A stretch of DNA of 64,000 bases from Octopus vulgaris. Taxonomy: Eukaryota. This document shows, piece by piece, positions 59,955-64,000 of the stretch. Where the stretch lies: contig OX597814.1 of assembly GCA_951406725.2 (NCBI GenBank), forward strand, positions 101,060,001-101,124,000, written 5' to 3'. The position numbers were made by a program, and so were the translations under genes. Every line of letters starts with the position of its first letter. Within the stretch, counting starts at the first letter, position 1. The notes beneath the pieces were generated by a model that saw only the letters and a program-made list of their open reading frames with translations, did not search any database and had not been told where the DNA came from.

Positions 59955-60104
59955 CAGGGTGGCCCAAAAGTAGGTTTACAGTTATCACGTAGGGACTTTC
60001 AATTTCTTTTAAAACATATTACATTTAAATTTCTATCGTACAATTAAGTAAATCGGCATAGAATAATGGTTGAATAACTGCAAACCTACTTTTGGGCCAC
60101 CCTG
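59955..60104. mobile_element. 150-bp Tc1/mariner-type MITE
   Basis: 31-bp TIRs CAGGGTGGCCCAAAAGTAGGTTT(A/G)CAGTTAT with 1 mismatch, and a TA TSD. Confidence 0.93.
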
Positions 60105-60249
60105 TATATATATATATATATATATATCAACAATCAAGGAACGGCCATAATAGGCCATTCATCCACTAGAAATAACAGCCAAAGCTTCAACCGCAAATAA
60201 AAGTTAATTCTGTAAACCAGGAGAAAATTTAAAAAACATTTACCCTGTA

Positions 60250-60356
60250 ATTTCTTATACGATATACCGTTTCATCTGCTGATTAATGGTAAACTAACCT
60301 GATTAAATTAAATCAAGCCAATCTTCCACAGGCCCTCAGATTCGTCAGTAAGAAAT
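60250..60356 (-). ncRNA. Type I hammerhead ribozyme with extended stem II (unit 1)
   Basis: ATTTCTTA-CTGACGA-ATCTG...CAGAT-GAAAC-GGTATATC-GTA-TAAGAAAT. The core is complete, stem I has 8 bp, and the triplet is GUA. Confidence 0.9.
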
Positions 60357-60742
60357 AGCCCAAGTCGGAACAGATATTTTCACGAGGCATTTCCGACCTT
60401 GCCAAGTTTATATCTGACCTAAAATTTTCAAATCGTCGCACTCGCGCCAAATTTATCGGCAGCAAATAAATATAAGCCGTCGATTCCATTACGGAATTAA
60501 CCAGAAAATTCATAATTAATCAATATAGGGTGGCAAAAAAAATTTTGTAGAATTCTTTTGTCACCAGCGGCCTAGTAGGAAAAAATTAAATAGTCATAGA
60601 CCATTTTTAAGTTTAACATCAACAATCAAGGAACGGCCATAATAGGCCATTCACCCACTAGAAATAACAGCCAAAGCTTCAACCGCAAATAAAAGTTAAT
60701 TCTGTAAACCAGGAGAAAATTTAAAAAAACATTTACCCTGTA

Positions 60743-60849
60743 ATTTCTTATACGATATACCGTTTCATCTGCTGATTAATGGTAAACTAACCTGATTAAA
60801 TTAAATCAAGCCAATCTTCCACAGGCCCTCAGATTCGTCAGTAAGAAAT
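60743..60849 (-). ncRNA. Type I hammerhead ribozyme with extended stem II (unit 2)
   Basis: Identical to 60250-60356 and 493 bp away. Confidence 0.9.
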
Positions 60850-61275
60850 AGCCCAAGTCGGAACAGATATTTTCACGAGGCATTTCCGACCTTGCCAAGT
60901 TTATATCTGACCTAAAATTTTCAAATCGTCGCACTCGCGCCAAATTTATCGGCAGCAAATAAATATAAGCCGTCGATTCCATTACGGAATTAACCAGAAA
61001 ATTCATAATTAATCAATATAGGGTGGCAAAAAAAATTTTGTAGAATTCTTTTGCCACCAGCGGCCTAGTAGGAAAAAATTAAATAGTCATAGACCATTTT
61101 TAAGTTTAACATCAACAATCAAGGAACGGCCATAATAGGCCATTCACCCACTAGAAATAACAGCCTTGATTGTTGATGTTAAACTTAAAAATGGTCTATG
61201 ACTATTTAATTTTTTCCTACTAGGCCGCTGGTGGCAAAAGAATTCTACAAAATTTTTTTTGCCACCCTATATTGA

Positions 61276-61330
<55 letters not shown>

Positions 61331-61363
61331 TACACATACATATACATATACATAACTTGCATT

Positions 61364-61399
<36 letters not shown>

Positions 61400-62224
61400 T
61401 ATATTATGATATGATCGAACACCACGCATCCTTTTCCAAGTAAGTCTTATCTTAATAATTACGATGTGCACTTTTATTCTCTTTCCTTCGTCTTTTGTTT
61501 TTTTTTAAATTCCAACTATATATATGTATGTATATATGTATGTATGTCTGTATGTATGTATGTATGTATGTATGTATGTATGTATGTATGTATGTATGTA
61601 TGTTGGTAAATTATCACAAGAAAAACATTGTTAGGGGCTTTTGAATTGCTCGTCTTCATTAATTAGTAACTGATGAAGGTAAGCAAACGGAAGCTTCGAA
61701 GTCACTGTTAAACATTTCCTTGTTTAAATTGATATGTACTCTACTAAAATGATACTAAAATGATATCACTTGAATGTGAAATTGTCTTCTATGACATCGC
61801 ACAATTCGTACAATATTTGAAACATCATGAAACATGCAAGAACCCACATTTTAGTGCATCGTAGATTATTATTTATGTTTTTATGTCACCAAACTTAAAA
61901 GGAAACTTTCTCATTTAAGTGTACGTATTTGAAAAAGTTAGTAGGTATTAAGAAGAGATAAGACAGTTAATGGAAATCTATTATATAGATCCTGATAAAT
62001 TATGAAAAAAAAAAATTCATTTTAACGATATTCACATCATCAGTCATCGCTGACGCCTACGATATAGAACGTCCACTTGAAGCATTCGCATGAGTCGCTG
62101 GAAACTGAGTAAAGAATTAACGAGGTTTCAAGTACCATTTCGGTCGACCTCCTGAAGACAGCAGTCTTCAATTCGCATATGTAACAATATCAAAAAATAA
62201 AGGAACAGCATACTGGCCCTGAAA

Positions 62225-62530
62225 TGGCTGTCCAATAAGAAGCTCGCTTAGCAGCCACGTGGATTCAGATTCAATCACACTGCGCGGCACCTTGGGCATG
62301 TGTCTTCTACGATAGCACCCGGCCGACCGATTGCTTGTGATTGAATTTATTTGTTTGTTGACGGGAACTGTGTGGAGCCCCTCGTGTATGCGTGTGTGTG
62401 TGTGTATGTGTGCGTGACTGTGTGTGTATGTGCGTGAATTTGTGTTTGTGAATGTGCGTTTGTGTTTGTCCCACAAAAATCGCGTGAGAACCTTCTTGCT
62501 TACATTCTCGTAACTTAGCAATTCATAAAA
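62225..62530 (+). mobile_element. SINE family B, diverged
   Basis: CACTGCGCGGCACCTTGGGCATGTGTCTTCTACGATAGC...CGTAACTTAGC. Confidence 0.7.
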
Positions 62531-64000
62531 AAATTCCGACGGAATAATTATCAGAATTAAAGTTAAAGTCATAGCTAACTATGGCAGGATTTTAACTCAA
62601 AATGAAAAGACTAGAAAGACTGCAAAACATCTTTTCAGGCGTTATAATTCATCTGTCACTTCGCCAATGTATTTAAATGAATATTAAAAAGATTTAAATA
62701 AGTTAGTCGAAAGAATTAAACATATGCTTTGCTTGCCCTTCCAATCAAGCAAGATCAGTACTGTTGATATTCGGGTTTAACATATGCGTTCTGATATGTA
62801 ATGGAAGAGAACAGCTGAAGAGAATTTTATGTCGCTGGATAATCTGGGTTGTTGTTGCTGTCAAGCAACTAGACGGCTAAGGGTGATTAGGTGATGGTCT
62901 AGGGCTTAGAGGCGGGGGACCCCAGACCTTGGAAAAAAATAACTTTGGTCGTCTTGTTGTAGTCGAGGGCTCTTCGTTGACGCCCGAAACCACTGGGAGG
63001 TAGCCCGCGAAGTCGCTGGAAATGGAGATCTCCAGGTCCAAATTCTTGAACGGCGAGAATCTGGGTTGAAAGCCCTTGCAGTACTAAATTAAGTAGACAT
63101 TGTAGTATCAATACAAATGAGAAATTAAGGGAACAGATTGTAAGTGTTTTATTGATTAAAAGAGTTTAGTTATTTCTAAGGAGTTGAGGTAGCGGCAGAA
63201 ACAGCAGGCGAATTTTGAGGTAATGAAAGGAGAGAGAACTTTAAGCCAGGCTAAGTTAATAGTGCTTGTTGACAACATCCAAGCGAGATGGAAAAGGCAA
63301 ACAAAATCGTATTAATTACAGCGAATCTTTGCAGTATATAGTTTAACCTTCTCAGTAGGGATGGGATTGGCAGAAAGGGTGAGATTAAGAGATTTCTTTA
63401 AATCTTTAATGCCAGCGTTCCTTCACTGAGAAATGGTTTCTATCCGTAATGATGGTAATTTATAGAATAAACAACTTTCTAAATCTTTATTCACAGACAC
63501 TATGAGGGTGTATGGGTGTGTGTGTGTGTATATATATGTGTGCGTGCATGTGTGTGTGTGTAAGTCTGAGTGTGTGTATCTGTGAGTTAAAAAAAGCAAA
63601 AAATTGAGACAATAATGAATGTTTAACCTGCTCCACTTTTCATAAAGCCAGAGGAAACGGATATACAGACTTTTTGGTAATGCTTGTTGAAATTGCATGT
63701 ATTCTATATATTTTCTGAAACTTAGCTACGTTTTACTTAAGACTGACATTATAAATAAATAGTTCGAACATCAAATTTCAATGTACACGACGTTTCAATT
63801 ATGTCATCATTATTGTAATTAAAATATTGACAATTATTTTCACTTAATTGTTCTTTATATCAAGTGACAAAACTTATTTTGGTAACATAACTTGTATGGG
63901 AATAATTGAAATATGAATAAGAATTCTTTTATGATTAGTGACAATTTTTAATGTTTAGTGACGATAGCGAAACACACACAGCATACACAGGTGTGTGCAT

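Larger units (their letters stand above)
60126..61282 (-). mobile_element. Retrozyme/Penelope-like non-coding element: 2.1 tandem units of about 493 bp plus an inverted terminal segment, in (TA)n
   Basis: Units start at 60126, 60618 and 61111. 61164-61282 is the reverse complement of about 61005-61124. There is one hammerhead per full unit and (TA)n on both sides. Confidence 0.88.

Noticed and set aside
60313-61006. Duplicated 66-aa ORF in the 493-bp units
   Set aside because: It is short, has no recognisable domain, and its 3' end overlaps the ribozyme; identity between copies reflects the duplication only.
62780-63420. Possible retroelement ORF remnant
   Set aside because: No diagnostic motif was found in the frames I translated.

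Overview
AT-rich, microsatellite-saturated eukaryotic DNA. The repeat repertoire suggests a cephalopod, probably an octopus (inference). I found no convincing host protein-coding gene, and nearly all short ORFs in the track are microsatellite artefacts. The window is a stack of mobile DNA. (1) Six RLE-type non-LTR retrotransposon copies: four Dong/R4-like copies sitting in (AAT)n, one of them with an uninterrupted ORF followed by an apparently pure 1,746-bp (AAT)582 array; one family bounded by (ACAT)n; and one decayed HERO-like copy. (2) Mariner and maT-like transposase relics, plus two MITEs. (3) Three tRNA-derived SINE families. (4) A Penelope-like RT fragment. (5) An unusual density of type I hammerhead ribozyme motifs: about 11 intact or decayed copies in 6 sequence families. 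The strongest candidate for an undescribed system is at 60126-61282: a non-coding 493-bp tandem unit in which each full copy carries a complete hammerhead with a long inserted stem II, ending in an inverted partial copy and inserted in (TA)n. This is a retrozyme/Penelope-like element predicted to release a 493-nt RNA that may circularise. All structures were read by eye and none has been computed.
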